Source of the DNA: Gnetum montanum
Lineage: Eukaryota > Plantae > Gnetophyta
Length of the DNA stretch: 64,000 nucleotides
NCBI GenBank assembly: GCA_015680685.1
Contig: MNCI01002105.1
Span: forward strand, 381,734-445,733
Reading direction: 5' to 3'
The translations under genes were made by a program, and so were the position numbers. Below are positions 39,307 through 53,005 of the stretch, in pieces; within the stretch, counting starts at the first letter, position 1, and the number at the start of each line of letters is the position of its first letter. The notes beneath the pieces are model-generated. The model made no database searches and had not been told where the DNA came from. It saw only the letters and a program-made list of their open reading frames with translations.

Positions 39307-40154
39307 TGATGAGTGGCTAGGTACCCCTACACTCAACCATACGAATACGAGCGTGTATGCATGATTCGGTCAAAATCTGTAGATGGACTAGTTGTGGTAT
39401 CTAGATAGTTACACGGTGATCACTATTCGTTGTCTTCCCACCTGGACTAGTATTTGCTTTGTCACGTATGGTTTAGTCCAAAGTGAGGTGTATGATGTGG
39501 TTTCTAACACTATGCTACTCGTAGAGATAATGAGAAATTATCTTGATTAAGCTAATAAGTAATATGAAATAAGATCTAAGCTAGCCTAGGTGTGATGAGC
39601 ATCCTTCCTTAATCATTCGTACGCATCTTGGACTTCGTGTATTATTTCTAGGATTACCAAGCACACATTACCTAAGCACTCCTAGATATGCTACTAGGTT
39701 ACCAAGTAGTTACACTTAAATGTTTATGATTAAGTCATACTCATTCTACGTTAATCAATAGGAAGTGTAAATGACAATAAAGGAAATATGAACTAAAAAG
39801 AAAATAATTAATAATTAATAATTAAAGTAAGTAAAATCTAAGTAAAAGCAATGATGGAGTAATCTTGATCTTTATTGTCAGTTGTGTGCATGTCCAAGTA
39901 CTTCACACTCGAACAAAGGTTCTGTATAATTACAATCATCACACTGTGGACATGCACTGGGGAAAGAACTAAAACTAACTAAAAATTGACAAAACGATTA
40001 CCAACTCCCTCCTTTCTTGTGCGCCCAAATGTTGTATTTATAGGCCTACACAAGAATCATGATATCGTGTATTCAATATTGTTATCCAGGCTACGATATC
40101 ACGTACTCAATATCGAGGATCTAATATCAGGGCTTGACAAACCACAATTCATCA
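39307..40154 (-). repeat. 3' LTR of the TGATGA...CATCA family, preceded on the minus strand by PPT agttaggggggta (40155-40167)
   Basis: TG...CA ends with inverted tgatga/tcatca; homology to solo LTR 24983; TATA cctataaata ~40036-40044. Confidence 0.8.
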
Positions 40155-40389
40155 TACCCCCCTAACTGAATAACAACTCATCCTCGAGTTAGACAAAATG
40201 GAAATAAGTTTAATTGATTACATAGTGAGTAGGTATGAGATTACTGACTAACTAGGAATTACTCATGCTACAGTGTGGGATTGAAAAAAACAAAATTGGG
40301 ACATAGACATAGAATTACAAAAGGAAAAATCTATTGGAATTCATGTGGTTCCTAGCAGTGGTGGCTCCTCCATGGGTCTCTTCCCCTTA

Positions 40390-42160
40390 TCTTGCGCTCC
40401 AAGCTTTGGAAATGGATGTCTCTAAAGGAGCACCTAGAGCTTTTCTTCTTCGATCTGGGAATCCTATGCCATCCATGCTAATGCTCCAATGTTTGATGGA
40501 GTTGGCACCTCCCATGGGCACGACAGCTGTAGGAACATTTAATTGGCCTTGACATACCAAGCTGCAAACAACCATTGTTCCTATTCATAGGCTCTGGCTT
40601 TTTCCTTGCATTCTTGGTAGTCTGTGAGCCGTCGAGCCAAATCTACCATGACATCTTTCTATCCTTGGTAGCTAGTCTTGACCACCTCTAATTCAGAATT
40701 TGCTACTTTTAATCTTTGCAATGTCTTCTTGTGTTTAGCAAATTCTGTTTCATAGTTAGCATAGGTGGTTGCTACTTGCTTCTCCAATTCTATTCTTGGG
40801 AATTTTGGTATCAACATAGCTAAGTTGGCATACCGTAGGTTTTCCAACTCCATGTACTCCTTGAGATCTTGTATCTACAGCTCCCAACTTTTTAGTTCTA
40901 CTTGGTGGACGAAGGCATAAGTATCCAATATGGCCCTCCAATCAGCATTCTAAGCACTGAAAGTGTTAATATGGACTTTGGCCATATGAATTTCTTTTTC
41001 AATCACCTATTTGTACATCCCCACCTAATCTTTGAAATTCTCCTTAAGCTTCTCATGTCTCTTGACCTTATTTTTCCATGTGCTTATTTTAATTGTTGTC
41101 TTCTAGAGGATTGAAAGTACCTACTTCATTGAGAGGGTTCTGTTCTCTTTGGCCAAGAAATTCATATCCTAGTTGACCCTTATTAATTGTTCTCGCAATT
41201 GCTAAAAATTTTCCTTGAGAACATTCTTTTATTTTTTAACTATGGTCAACCGAAGATATTCAGTGGTGAGGTGTTTATTTTTTTCTTGTGAGGCCTTCAG
41301 TGCTTTGGCATGTGCATAGATTTGAGCTTGTGCCTTAGAAGCATCCCAATTAGCCTTCTCTTTTTTCTCCATTACTTTTTTATTCTCTTTCAACAATTTA
41401 GTTAGCTATTCTATCTAAAAGGATTCTAGTTGGTCTATAGGGATGAATTGGGATGGATCCTACTGTGTAGCTTTTAGGGTGATGAGCTTTTCTTGGAGTC
41501 TTTTTAACTCCTCCTCTTCATGTTTAGCCTTGATCTCTACCATGACCAGCTTTCCTTTTGTAGAGATGAGGTCTGATTGTGTTCTTGTGACATCTTCAAG
41601 GATGTCAAACAAGGATGTCATCAATTTTCCTATCTGTAGTAATTGATCTAGAACATCCTCATGATCTGTAGGAGTCATTGAGGGACCAGCCAAGGTTTGA
41701 GCATCGCCTGCTTTTGTAAAATCTACCAGTGGCACAACAAGGACATTAAATAATTCTTTGATGTTGTCTATGATCATTTTTATTACTCTTGTTGCATCCT
41801 AGTGCTGCATGACCACTATTGTGGTTCCTTCACCAATTTCTAATTGCACTTGAAAAGATGTAGTGTTTCTAGAGATTTGTTGTAACCAATGTGATTCCCC
41901 TCCTCCTATTTGGATGGACACCTCACCCTGTGCATGATTAATTAAGATTGTGGGTTGTACGGTATCATCGATGACCCTGAAGAGATTTTCTTCATCATAG
42001 CTTCCCCAACTAATTGATTTAGTGATGGCCCTAAAATGGCTCATCAACGATCGATAGTCCTGTGGTGGCGGTGGCGGTTGGTATTGTTGGCCTATAGGTT
42101 GTGTGTTGGGCCTTGCTTCTTGTTGTTGAGTGGGCCTTGTGTCTAGAATCTATGCTAGTG
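40390..42160 (-). pseudogene. Decayed extra ORF with long coiled-coil, located before the PPT
   Basis: ORFs 41799-42047, 41460-41777 and 40659-40853 form a broken K/E/L heptad-rich reading (EEEELKRLQEKL, LQRLKVANSELE). Confidence 0.55.
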
Positions 42161-42164
42161 GGGA

Positions 42165-45100
42165 ATTTCTCTCCTACCACAAAGGCTATGTTTATCGTAC
42201 CTTTGACTATGACACGTGACCCATTGAAGGATTTCAAACACATGGTTTTGGTTGGCCTGATTTTGTTTGCCAGGCCTAGCTTGTCAATGATAGAGTACAG
42301 GACTACATTTGTTGTTGCACCATCATCAACATGCACTCTGCAGATGGTGCATTATCCAACACCAATGTTGATGGATAGTGAAGTAGTAGTGACCTCCCTT
42401 CGTGTGGGGTTAACTTTGACTACATCATCGTGAAAGGTTAAGGATGTTGAACCTAATTCTCATCGTGTGGGGGATGACATCATTGCACAAATGGATGCCT
42501 CATTTTTAGGGATGTCCTTCATAATAGGAATGGAGGCCAAGACGTGGGCCAATGTTTGGTAGTGAGTAGATGAGGTCACGACCAGGTTGTACAAGTTGAA
42601 CGTTGTGTTCTTTTGCTTGAGCTTTTGTTTTACCTAGGTTAGTGCAACTACAAAGTCCTTGTCATTGGTTGTTTTGTTGGCTTTAACATCCTCCATGTAG
42701 CTTGAGAGACAGACCTCTTAGGAAGGGGACTTGGGCTTAATTTGCTTGGGGGTAGGGGCCCTAGTGTTCAGTTGTTGTTGGCTGGTTGTGGCCTTTACTT
42801 CAACCATGGGGGTTGCGAGCTACTCGTTTGTCCTCTTGCGTTGCCATTTGGTGGACTTACCTGGGTTGCTAGTGGGGTCGATTCTCAAGCAAGGAGTGAT
42901 CGAGATGTTGCCTACTATTGGGCTTCGGTTAGGTGAGGGGCCATCACATCATGGCCTTCTTATGATAAAGGGTGGCTTAGGAGTTGTTGTGGGGGTTGTT
43001 GTGTGACTAACTTGTTGTGGCCCCTTGATGAAGAAAGGCTGCTTAGCAGTTTCTGTTGCTACATCATGCCAGTTTAATGTCTTAGCAAATGAGTCATGCC
43101 AATTTAACATCTTAGCGGATGATGGTTGTGGAGCCTTGACACAAAGGGTGTTGTGGATGCTTGACGTGGCATTTTGGTAACAAAGCGAGGCCTCTTGCTT
43201 GTGGAGGCTGAGGGGACCTTTGCCTTGTTAGGAGGCACATGGATGACAAAAGGTTTTTGCACAGGTTTGGGCTTGCCACCTATGTTAATTGATTTTATGA
43301 CATAGGAGGCATTGTCTGTGTTGGATTGACTTGCCGTGTCAATCACTAGTTGGCCTTGTTTTATCATTCCCTGCAGGTCATCTTGCAAGGCATGACAGTT
43401 TTCTGTACTATGACTAGCCATTTGACGGTAATGATAGTATTGGTCCAATTTAAAATGTTGTGGAACCAGGGGCTCATTTGGTACTGCTAAGGTGGGGTTC
43501 CTTAGTAGCTCGTAGTACCTATCATGTCTTTGGCAGGTAATCTTTGACACACGTTTGTGTTGGATTTGCCTAGCTTTCAAGAGTTGCTCCAATAGTTGAG
43601 AGGGTTGCCTCAGTAGTGGTGTATACTTTGAGCAGTCCTTGCACTGAAAGTTGGGCCTTGGAGTGGCCCCTACCGATGTAGGTAAGTTGGCAGCTTTGTT
43701 AGCTAGGGCTTTAGGTTACTTAGCTGTTGGGCCCTAGTTGGTTGCTTTTGTGATTGCAGCTATCGTTGCCTCAGTTGTGTTTTTCTTGTGAGTATGTTGG
43801 TTTTTGTAGGCCACATAAGCTGGGTCATTACTTGATTGCACTGCCTCCTCTATGCTTTTGATTTGTGCGAATGCTTAACTCAAAGTATGAGCATTCAAAT
43901 AATAAAGTTTTGACTTAACGAAGTCATTCACAGCCGCTTTAAAAATGGTGAGCAAGTATGTCTCAGGTATAGGCTCATGGCATTCATTCAAGGCTGCACT
44001 CCACCTTTGGATGAATTTTTGCACTGGCTCTAAAGGCACTTATTTAATTTGAATTAAACTATCCAGTGTGGCTTCAGGATTTAGATTATACTTGAAATGG
44101 GTAACAAACTAATGTAACAAATCCTCCATAGAGGATATAGAGTTACGAGGTAAGGCATGGTACCAGTCTAAGGCTTTTCCCATTAAGGACATAGCGAAAA
44201 CTCACAGAATTGCATGAGGCTAGGCCTAAAGTAGGAGACATTCTAGTAGAAATGTCACTAGGTGGGCATTTGGATATCCCTCTCCATTGTACTTTGTTAG
44301 CTAAGGTAATGGGATCTCCTTTGGCAAGGTTAATGGTGGAATTAAAGGGTGGATTGGGTCATCTTGGTAGAAGTCCAACATCTTGATTTCCTTAGTGTTT
44401 GCAATTTTAAGGCACTTTACCTCTTTTGTTAACATGTGCATCATTTTCTTTGTGTCTACCCACTATTGGGCGGTAGGTAGACCGGTGGGTTGAATGGATT
44501 GTGATTGATAGTAGTTTGACTGTTGTATCGTTTATGGAAAGGGAGCCTGTTGGATTGTTAGTTGTTGTTGTGGTGGAACAACATTTAGAGATGGGATCGT
44601 AGGATGTGGTACGTTGTAGACAGTAGGTTGGTGTTGCTGGATAGCTAGTGAAACCCACTACCTAGCCACAAGTGGTGAAGTGACACCCTAAATGTGTTTC
44701 ACTAAAGTAGTCAAAGGTGCCCCATGGGTTTGTACTTGTGATATGTAATGGGTGGGTGTGGAAGCTAGTATTTCTTATCAAGAAGCTAGTCCTCGCATGT
44801 ATGCGGACAAAGGAGGAAGCATGATTCCCTCTAGGAAAGGTTGGAAGAATGGGTTTGTATAGGCGCAAGGACTGACTGTATGGTACAAATCCCCATGCTC
44901 AGATTGGGTGGCAAAGTCATCTTCCTCATTTCCATTCTAAGGCTCTATCAAAGGTGGCTATAAGGCTTGACTCCTTTCCATAAGAAGCTGAAACATGAGT
45001 TGATGATGGTGTTTGAAAATGGGGATTATGTCAAATGCTGAGGGAATGAACTCAAGACCTCCCTTGTAGATGAGCTCATAGCTTCTCTTTGCCTCTCTTT

Positions 45101-47045
45101 CTATGCAATCGATAGGTAACTTGGATTGGATTTTTACACAAATGAAGTTATATTGTTCAGGTGTGAGGATTGCATAAGTAGGGTTGATCTAGGAAGACTC
45201 CATGATAGAGTGCACAAGTTGACGGTGTGTGCAGCATGAGTAACTCACAGCATGCTTAACTGGCAACGTGACTGACTGCAACGTGACCAACTATAGCATG
45301 AGAAACTACAACGTGACTAACTGCAACATGACCAACTACAGCGTGACTGACTATCGCGTGACCAACTATAGCGTGACTTACTACAACATGACCAACTGAT
45401 TCGAGTTTCATCATTTGACAGTATTAGTTGGGTACGTTTCAACAAGATGATAAACAAGGTAGACCCTCCTTCTAGTGTCAATTTACTGTACTGACCTAAA
45501 TCATCGATGTAAGGCTAGAAGGGAAACAAACACTGAAAGATCATCAGACAGACACAACTGACCCTGCCTTCATTTGAGGATAAGCTGGAAAAGTAAACGA
45601 AGGTAAAGTGCCTTGGATGGTCTACACGAAAATCAACCAAGAACTTCCCCGAGCATAAACTAAGGGTTACGCTGGGGTTATCGTAACTGATGTTTTAAAA
45701 TGAAATGTAAATAGAAACCCATGTAGAAACTGGTATAGTAATCAAAATGTAAACAAAATGTAAACTAAATATAAAATAGAGTAAATAGTATAATGGCTAG
45801 AAAAATGAGCTATATTGTATTGCATAGAAAAGATGTGCACCAGTCAAAGTGTAGCTATAGATGGCAAGTCAAGGACCAAGCCCTGGGACGATGTGATGTG
45901 ATTTTCTTGGATGCTGGGAGTCAGAGTGTACTGAGTGCCCAAGGATTTCTAGTCTGAGTTTCCTAAGCCTTTTAACTCCAAAAATTGCCCACCCCATTTA
46001 TGTGAATTGACAAGGTATTTATAGGGCTGGGTCAGGCTCGAGGGCAAAATTTGAGAATGGAATCAATAGCTGGAAGATGAGGGGAGAGCAAATCAAGTGA
46101 CACATATCCAATGGACAACTGTGTGTGAGTTGGACATGCATTGGCAAGCTACGTTCTTAACCAAGTTCACTATATCTTACAACGCAAGGGTCACTCAAGC
46201 CCATGGAAATACATACAATTTAGACTGTGAGGGCCTAACAAGTCCACAAATGAAGATTTACAATGAAATGATAATTTACAACAAGAGAAATTGACCATAG
46301 CTCACTTGAAACTTCTAGATCTTTAATTTGACTACTTTGACCAATGTAGGATGCCAATTTGGATAGTTCCATGGCTTTTTCGAGGCGTGTCTACTTGCAC
46401 TTATAGTGAACATTCAGTAGACACTCATGCTAGGCAGTCACGCTGGGTGTGTTCCCAACGTGACCTCAACATGAGTAAAATTAAATGAAACATTTGACAC
46501 CACATTTTGATTTTTGAAGCTTGTTCCTTGAATGCAATTGCTGCCCTAAACATGTCTAACCTTGAGAGTGATCTGAAATTTGGAATTTGAACTTGAATGT
46601 GTCTGATGTGGAGCTATTTTAGATAGGTCATGTTGGACTCATGTTGCAGTGTGACCTTCAACGTGACCTACAGTGTGACCTCAAAAACTTCCAATTTTGA
46701 GCTAAAATCTGGAATTTCTAAAGGCTAGGACCCATAGTTGTCAATAGTAAACCTTGAGGACAACTTGCACCCTTGAAATCAAGTCGTTTTTACTCAGTTT
46801 GGAGGCTCTAAAAGTTGGTCACGCTGGACTCATGGTGCAGCATGACCTATGAAAACCACTTAGAAATGATCAGTTTTAGCCCATTTTTGACATTGTGTGA
46901 AGTTGCTGACACTGAGGGTGAGCAAGCTGCCTTGGGTAGGCTAGGTGTGATCTCAATGCCTTAGCCAAATTTTGCCTCCCAGAAATTTGAAAGGGCTTGG
47001 GTCATTTTCATTTCAAAGTGCTACGCCGAAATTAGTGGTGTTTTA
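42165..47045 (-). mobile_element. Element E: Tat-type 5' half. LTR 47045-45487, tRNA-Asn PBS 45480-45463, gag ~45200-42450, PR ~42400-42165
   Basis: Minus t(a)aaacaccactaatttcggcg LTR start; gtaca-gtaaat-TGACACTAGAAGGAGGG; TKYNGEGYP, GKALDWYHAL, YHYRQMASHSTENC, VDDGATTNV. Confidence 0.8.
45232..45400. repeat. Tandem ~15-bp repeat (caacgtgactaactg) in leader of element E
   Basis: About 10 consecutive units; the same CGTGAC core recurs in the LTR at 46435-46850. Confidence 0.85.
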
Positions 47046-47427
47046 TTAGGCACTCCAAGACTCGCTCTCCCTCCTCCACATTGGCTAGGCTAGGATGTTG
47101 GCATCCACATGGATGTAGCATGTTAGCAACTATGCTCTAGCAACTATGCTACACTCTGGAAAGTTCATTTTTACCTTTGACACTTATATACCCCTAGGAA
47201 TAGGAACCACTTAAATTTTCATCTACCCATTACTATGCTCAATAGTGTTGAGCATAGCTAGGTGTAAGCATAGTTACCAGAGTTAGAAAATTTTTCATTT
47301 TTTTAGCAATCTCTAGACCTAGAAAAATTTTGAATTTTTCTTGTCACTGAGTTAGCACCCAGGCCAATTTTACTCTTCCAATGTGCCCAACATTACCTCA
47401 ACAATGCATTTAGTGCATAGTACTATT

Positions 47428-47602
47428 CGCTACGATGTTAAAATTGTGTTTCACCATCTGCTATAATGTTAAACTAATGTTTCACTATCTCCCACAACAT
47501 TAAATTGGCATTCAATAGTTTGCTCAAACTTTAAACCAGTGCTTCATGATCTGCTAAGACCTTAAACTAGCAACCTCATGTCCTATTGAGGCCTAAAATC
47601 AG
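47428..47602 (+). repeat. Hairpin array upstream of pol C (~6 units)
   Basis: tgcta-agaccttaaac-tagca and decayed relatives. Confidence 0.75.
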
Positions 47603-47755
47603 CCCATGCATTCCTTGCTTTTACAATCACATCTGCATACTTAGGAAAAGTTTTATCACATTGTTTTCTTTAACTGTGCATATTGCTCTCATTAAGACAA
47701 GTGTAGCTTGACATTTTCTTGGTTGTTTTTGTAGGATTATTGCAGGATTTACAAC

Positions 47756-49434
47756 ATGGCTACATACAAGCATCTCCATTCACCATTAGTCCTTTCTGGG
47801 CCACATGATGATCTTACGCAATGCATTGATCCTGAATGCCTAGACCTTGAGCCTATAGCCTATGATGAATACATAACATCCATAGGGGCACTGCTAAACT
47901 AGCCAAACCACCTAATTAAGGGTATAGATCTAAAGACAAGTGACATTACCAAGGATCCCCTTGTTGAAGTCCTTGTAGCAACATCTAGTGACGAGGCAAA
48001 GACATTAAAGCTTAGTTCTTTATTAGAGCCTCAACATGCCCAAAACATTGCAAAGGTACTTAATGAAAACATCAAGGCATTTACATGGTCTTATGAAAAT
48101 ATGCCTAACCTAGATCCTCACATAGTGAAACACAACATAATCCTTAATCCCAACATGAAACCAATCAAACAAAAGGTCCACAAGGTTAGGCCTGAGGTGG
48201 TGTTGGCAGCCTACAATGGAATCACCAAGCTCTACAAAGTTGGCTTTATCCAAGTAGTTAACTACGCTGATTAGGTCTCCAACATTGTTGTTGTCCCTAA
48301 GAAAAATGGAAGTATATGCATTTGCATAGACTTCTAGGACCTCAACAAGGTGACCATTAAAGATGATATTCCATTGCCTAGTATTGATAAACTAGTCAAT
48401 ACTATGGCTAGTCATGCCTTGTTTTCCTTTATGGACAGTTTCTCAAGGTATAACTAACTTCAAATCAACCTAGAGAACTAGCTCAGTACTACCTTCATGA
48501 CCCCTTGGGGTACATTTTGCTACACCATGATGCCCTTCGAACTTAAGAACACAGGAGCAACTTATCAACAAGCCATGATGTACATCTTTAGTGATTACCT
48601 ATTAGGTTTGCTCAATGATTACATTGATGATATAGCAGTTAAATCCAAGGCATCACAAAACCATGCAGATGACTTATAACTTATGCTCAAACACTAACTG
48701 AAGCATGAACTTAGGAAAAATCCTAAGAAATATGTCTTTAGCATAAAGATGAGTCACATGCTAGGTTTTGTAGTATCCGAAGTAGGCATACACATAGACC
48801 CCAATAAGGTTAAGGCCATTATTAACTTAGCACCATCGACCAACCTTAAGGAGCTACAAGGGTGACAAGGTAGATTGCAATTCAAATGACAATTTATACA
48901 TGGTTAACTAACAAGTTGCAGCCAATGCAACACTTACTCAAAAAAGAAATCCACTTTGAGTGGATGGCTCAATGCCAAGTAGAATTTGACAACCTTAAGC
49001 AAGAGCTAGCTCAACTTCCAACAGTCTACCCTCCACAAGGAGATAAACCATTCTACATCTACCTTACTATCTCTAATGCATCCATTGCTTCTCTACTTTT
49101 TTCAAAAGTGAGATGATGATAACAAGGTTCCTATGTACTACCTAAGCCATGCATTAGTGACCTATGAAGCAAAGTACAATGATGTAGAAAAGACTTGCCT
49201 TATCTTAGTCTCCGCACTTAAGAAGTGGAGGCACTATCTTTTTTGCAACTAAGTAAACATCATCTACAAGAGCAATGTACTCCAAGAAATTACAAAAAAT
49301 ATCTATGAGAGCAATCACATTACACATTGGAAAGTAATAACCACAGAGTTTGACTTGCATTACATTACACAAGCATCAACTAAAGGTCAAGCAATAGCCA
49401 CACAACTTACAGCTTTCTTAATCAATGACCAAGC
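47756..49434 (+). pseudogene. pol: pol of element C, RT and RNase H
   Basis: ICIDF*DLN, FMDSFSRYN, MTPWGTFCYTMMPF, YIDD; many stops. Confidence 0.9.
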
Positions 49435-51170
49435 TATAGCAACCAAAAAAATTGGTATCTAGAAACACCAAGAGGTTGTCAAGAGAATAGTTTTAACCCC
49501 AGATCCATGTGAGGGTCGTGCTAGATATAATGAAAGTGGGCCACCCTGAATGGTCTGGTCTATCAAATAAGGACTTAATCAGTGTACCTTAACCTTTTGT
49601 GAACTTGGTATTAAATGTTAAATATGCAAGGTATAACTAATGATTAATAAATGCAGGAATGCAAAAAATAATGCTAAACATCGATAACAATGAAGAAATA
49701 ATAGGAAAAGCTGGGATAAGGAAATGCACCACCACAAAATTGCGAGTTCGATTCTCTTCCTTGTTTGAAGTGTATAACAAGCTATATAACACTGGATGTG
49801 CATAGAGAGTTTAAGAATGACTAGAACGCTCAAAATGTGCCAACTATGCCTTTGAGTGAGAACTTACAAGCCAATAATGCAAAAATGCCAACGCGAAGAG
49901 CCAATGCCAAATGCCAACCCAAAATTTCCAACAATTGCCAACCTATCTATAATGCAAAAATGCTAGTTCTTTCCACAAGAAAGCCAACCAACTTGTAAAG
50001 AAGTCAATCCTTTGAGCATTTTTTGCTAGGGTATTTATAGGGCTAGGAGTAGGCGAGAAATAAGGTCTAAATGCCATGTGTCCTCGATCCACGAGATGCT
50101 GACATGTCATTACTGCAAAGATGTGTAATGCTGGTTGTGAACTTTGCTACACTGCAATCATGCGTTCGAGAATTGCACATGCTGGAATCCAGTATGCTAA
50201 CAATACAAATGAGAAATGAAGCACATTGAAGTAGCGTAGCTGCTTGCTACGTTGTGCTACGCTATGTAGCGTAGCACGTTGGCATAGTGTAGCTACTTGC
50301 TATGTTGTGTTACGCTATGCAGCGTAGCATAGCGTAGCCACAAATTTGAGCAAAAAACTTGCATTAGAGTCAATAGCATTTGTCAGAAGCTTTGGCATAC
50401 ATCTGGTTAACCTTTGAAGCACTTTGTTATTTTGCATCTTTCCTACATTATGTGACGCTATGTAGCGTAGTATAGCGTAGCGACTAGTTTCAACTAGAAC
50501 TCGTGTTGAAGTTGAAAATGCTTGCTGCTGTTCTTGTCTTCTTACTACATTGTGCTATGCTATGTAGTGTATCATAGCATAGCATACAGTGCATCCTACC
50601 TTTTGTTCAATCTGCCACTTTCTAGTAAGGAACTTTGCTCAAGTACTTGAAGTCGATCAAGGAAAAATAGTTTTTTGGGGCCGAAATGCTTGCCAAGTGC
50701 AACTTCTTTATTAGAATCAGTTGGTAAGCTAGGATTTTCTGATTTTCCTTCACTACACTGTGCTACATTGCATAGCGTAGCATAGCATAGCACCTTGTTT
50801 TGTAACAGTTTGCACTCAACCGTTTGAACAACTATCTTTGGAGGCTTGCTACGCTGCACAGCGTAGCATAGCGTAGCACACTTCTTCACTAGAAAAATTG
50901 TCAAACTATTTTGTCCATCTTGAGCATCATCGACAATTCCTAGCACACTTTCTTAGTAGACTGACAGCTGGGTGAATCACCTAGGTGGGCAGGCCAGAGA
51001 GTCCATTGAGCCTATCAGCTTTAAAGGTATAAAACTTGTCAAACTGAACAGTCTAATCTCAGTGCATTCATTTCCTACCAAAGGGTCATGAGGCTATACT
51101 TGTGAAAATCCTTGCCTCAATTCCAAGACCCCGGTTAAGCAAGAGTTCCTCGAACTTTTATGGTGTTTCA
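49435..51170 (-). repeat. 3' LTR of element D with GCTACGCT/AGCGTAGC motif clusters
   Basis: Colinear with 58301-59990; adjacent PPT. Confidence 0.9.
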
Positions 51171-52564
51171 TTGGCCCCTCTTTGTTGATGTCTGGAGGAC
51201 AGGCCCGAGAGATGCCAACAAAGAATACAAAACACCATGAAAGACAAGACGCTAACATTGCTCTTCAGCAATTGTCAAGATGTCGCTTAGCTACGCTTGA
51301 GAGTACTAGGATAATAATGTAGGAAAACGGAAAAGGGTGGAGCTTTGAACACAGTTTCGGGAATGGAAAGAAGTAGCAATGTGGTCCCTTGATGGAGTGC
51401 TTGTGAGGGAGCCAATGTGCATCGGCATCTTTTCCTTTGTAGGCTTCTGATGTCTCATCAGAATGCTTAGATATGGTCATTGTGAAATAGCTGATGTGCC
51501 ATTTGTTTTAGGCACATTTTTCTTTTTTCTTTTTTTTGCGTGAGCTTTTGCTCTTCTACGCTTTTCTTTTGTTATTTCGCCATTTTCATTTGCAAACAAC
51601 CTTGTTGTTGTAGGATAGGTGTTTCTTTCTTAGGATGAGTTTTGTTACATCCACGTGGGGCTTTAACCTGCCTACAAATGCTTCCCATGCAGCGAGTTGC
51701 ATTGCACACATCATGTACGTTGTAGTTGAGCATTTGGAAGGGCTTTATAGGCATTTAGAAAATTCGTAAAAGAGGTATGAGAAGGAAGAATTGTGAGTGT
51801 AAGAAATGAGGTAAAGGAGGTTAAGGGGGAGGATAGGATGTGCACTCCCAAATAGCCAAGCTAGTTAGGACAACCACCTTGGAACGATGTAGTGTCCTGT
51901 CGCATTGGAAAAATGCACCTCTAACCGACACCCCTTCGGCACGTACCCTGCAAACACAATAGAGAGCAAACCACAAGAAACAACCATCAAGTGAAATGAA
52001 GGCAAATGTCTTGCATGCTTTGGATGCTACTAGAACAATGGGCATTATTACTGAGGCATTCAACATCCAAACTAGAAAGGCCAACAACAGTTCTGGTAGC
52101 ATCAACATGGAGAGGTAGGCATCGAGGAGGCTAGGAGTTACTGTGATGATGCAGATGCTCAAGAGTCCCCACCCAAGGCAAACATCATGAGTCTCATCTG
52201 TAAGGTGAGAGGCCTAATAGCTTAACATCTTTTAGGCCCGGGTGATGGCAGGGGCTGGAAGGTAGCAACCTTTTGGTTGGGCCATAATAGTGTTGGGACT
52301 CCAGTAGCAAGCGCCGACCATGGAAGCGACTACCAGGGCAAAGGGTCATGGTAGCGGTAGCTTCGGAAGGTCAACAAGATGTCATACAACATCTCTGAAG
52401 GATCAGAAAGATGCCAAGGGAAATAGCGTTCAATATATTCTAGAGAGTGTTTTCTTGGCATCATGAACTGCATTCTAGAACTGCAACATCCCACCCCGTG
52501 TTGGCACTGTGTACACTCGCTTGCTTGATGAGTCATAGATGATTGCTATGGACATGTCTCAAAT

Positions 52565-52985
52565 CCAATTTAAGATCCTATTAGACCATGGTGTGTTGGT
52601 TTAAGGTCTCAGCAAACCGTGGTGCACTAGTTTAAGGTCCTAGCAAACCGCTGTGCTAGTTTATCATTGTAGCGAACGGTTGTTATGCTAGTTAAAGGTC
52701 CTAGCATACCACTATGCTAGTTTATCTTCATAGCAGATGGTGGATGGGATAGTTTAAAGTCGTAGCGGACCATCTATGCCAGTTTAACTTCATAGAAGAT
52801 GTGTTTTGCCAATTTTATGTTACAGTGGATGATTTGTATGCTAGTTTAAGTTCCTAGCAGACTATATATGCCAGTTTATAGTCATAGCGGACTACCTTTG
52901 CCAGTTTCACATCATAGCAAACGAGCTTTTCCAGTTTTACGTCGTAGCAGATGTTCATTTGCCATTTTTACATCGTAGAAGATGA
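52565..52985 (-). repeat. Hairpin array downstream of pol D (~13 units)
   Basis: Plus-strand tgccagtttatagtcatagcgg-type units every ~30-35 bp. Confidence 0.85.
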
Positions 52986-53005
52986 CTACTTACCTTGCTC
53001 ATGCA

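Noticed and set aside
42300-42340. Protease DDG instead of D(T/S)G in B and E
   Set aside because: Non-canonical D-x-G motifs are common in Tat proteases; not informative alone
51800-52540. Possible extra ORF in 3' UTR of element D
   Set aside because: No consistent frame or recognisable motif on either strand
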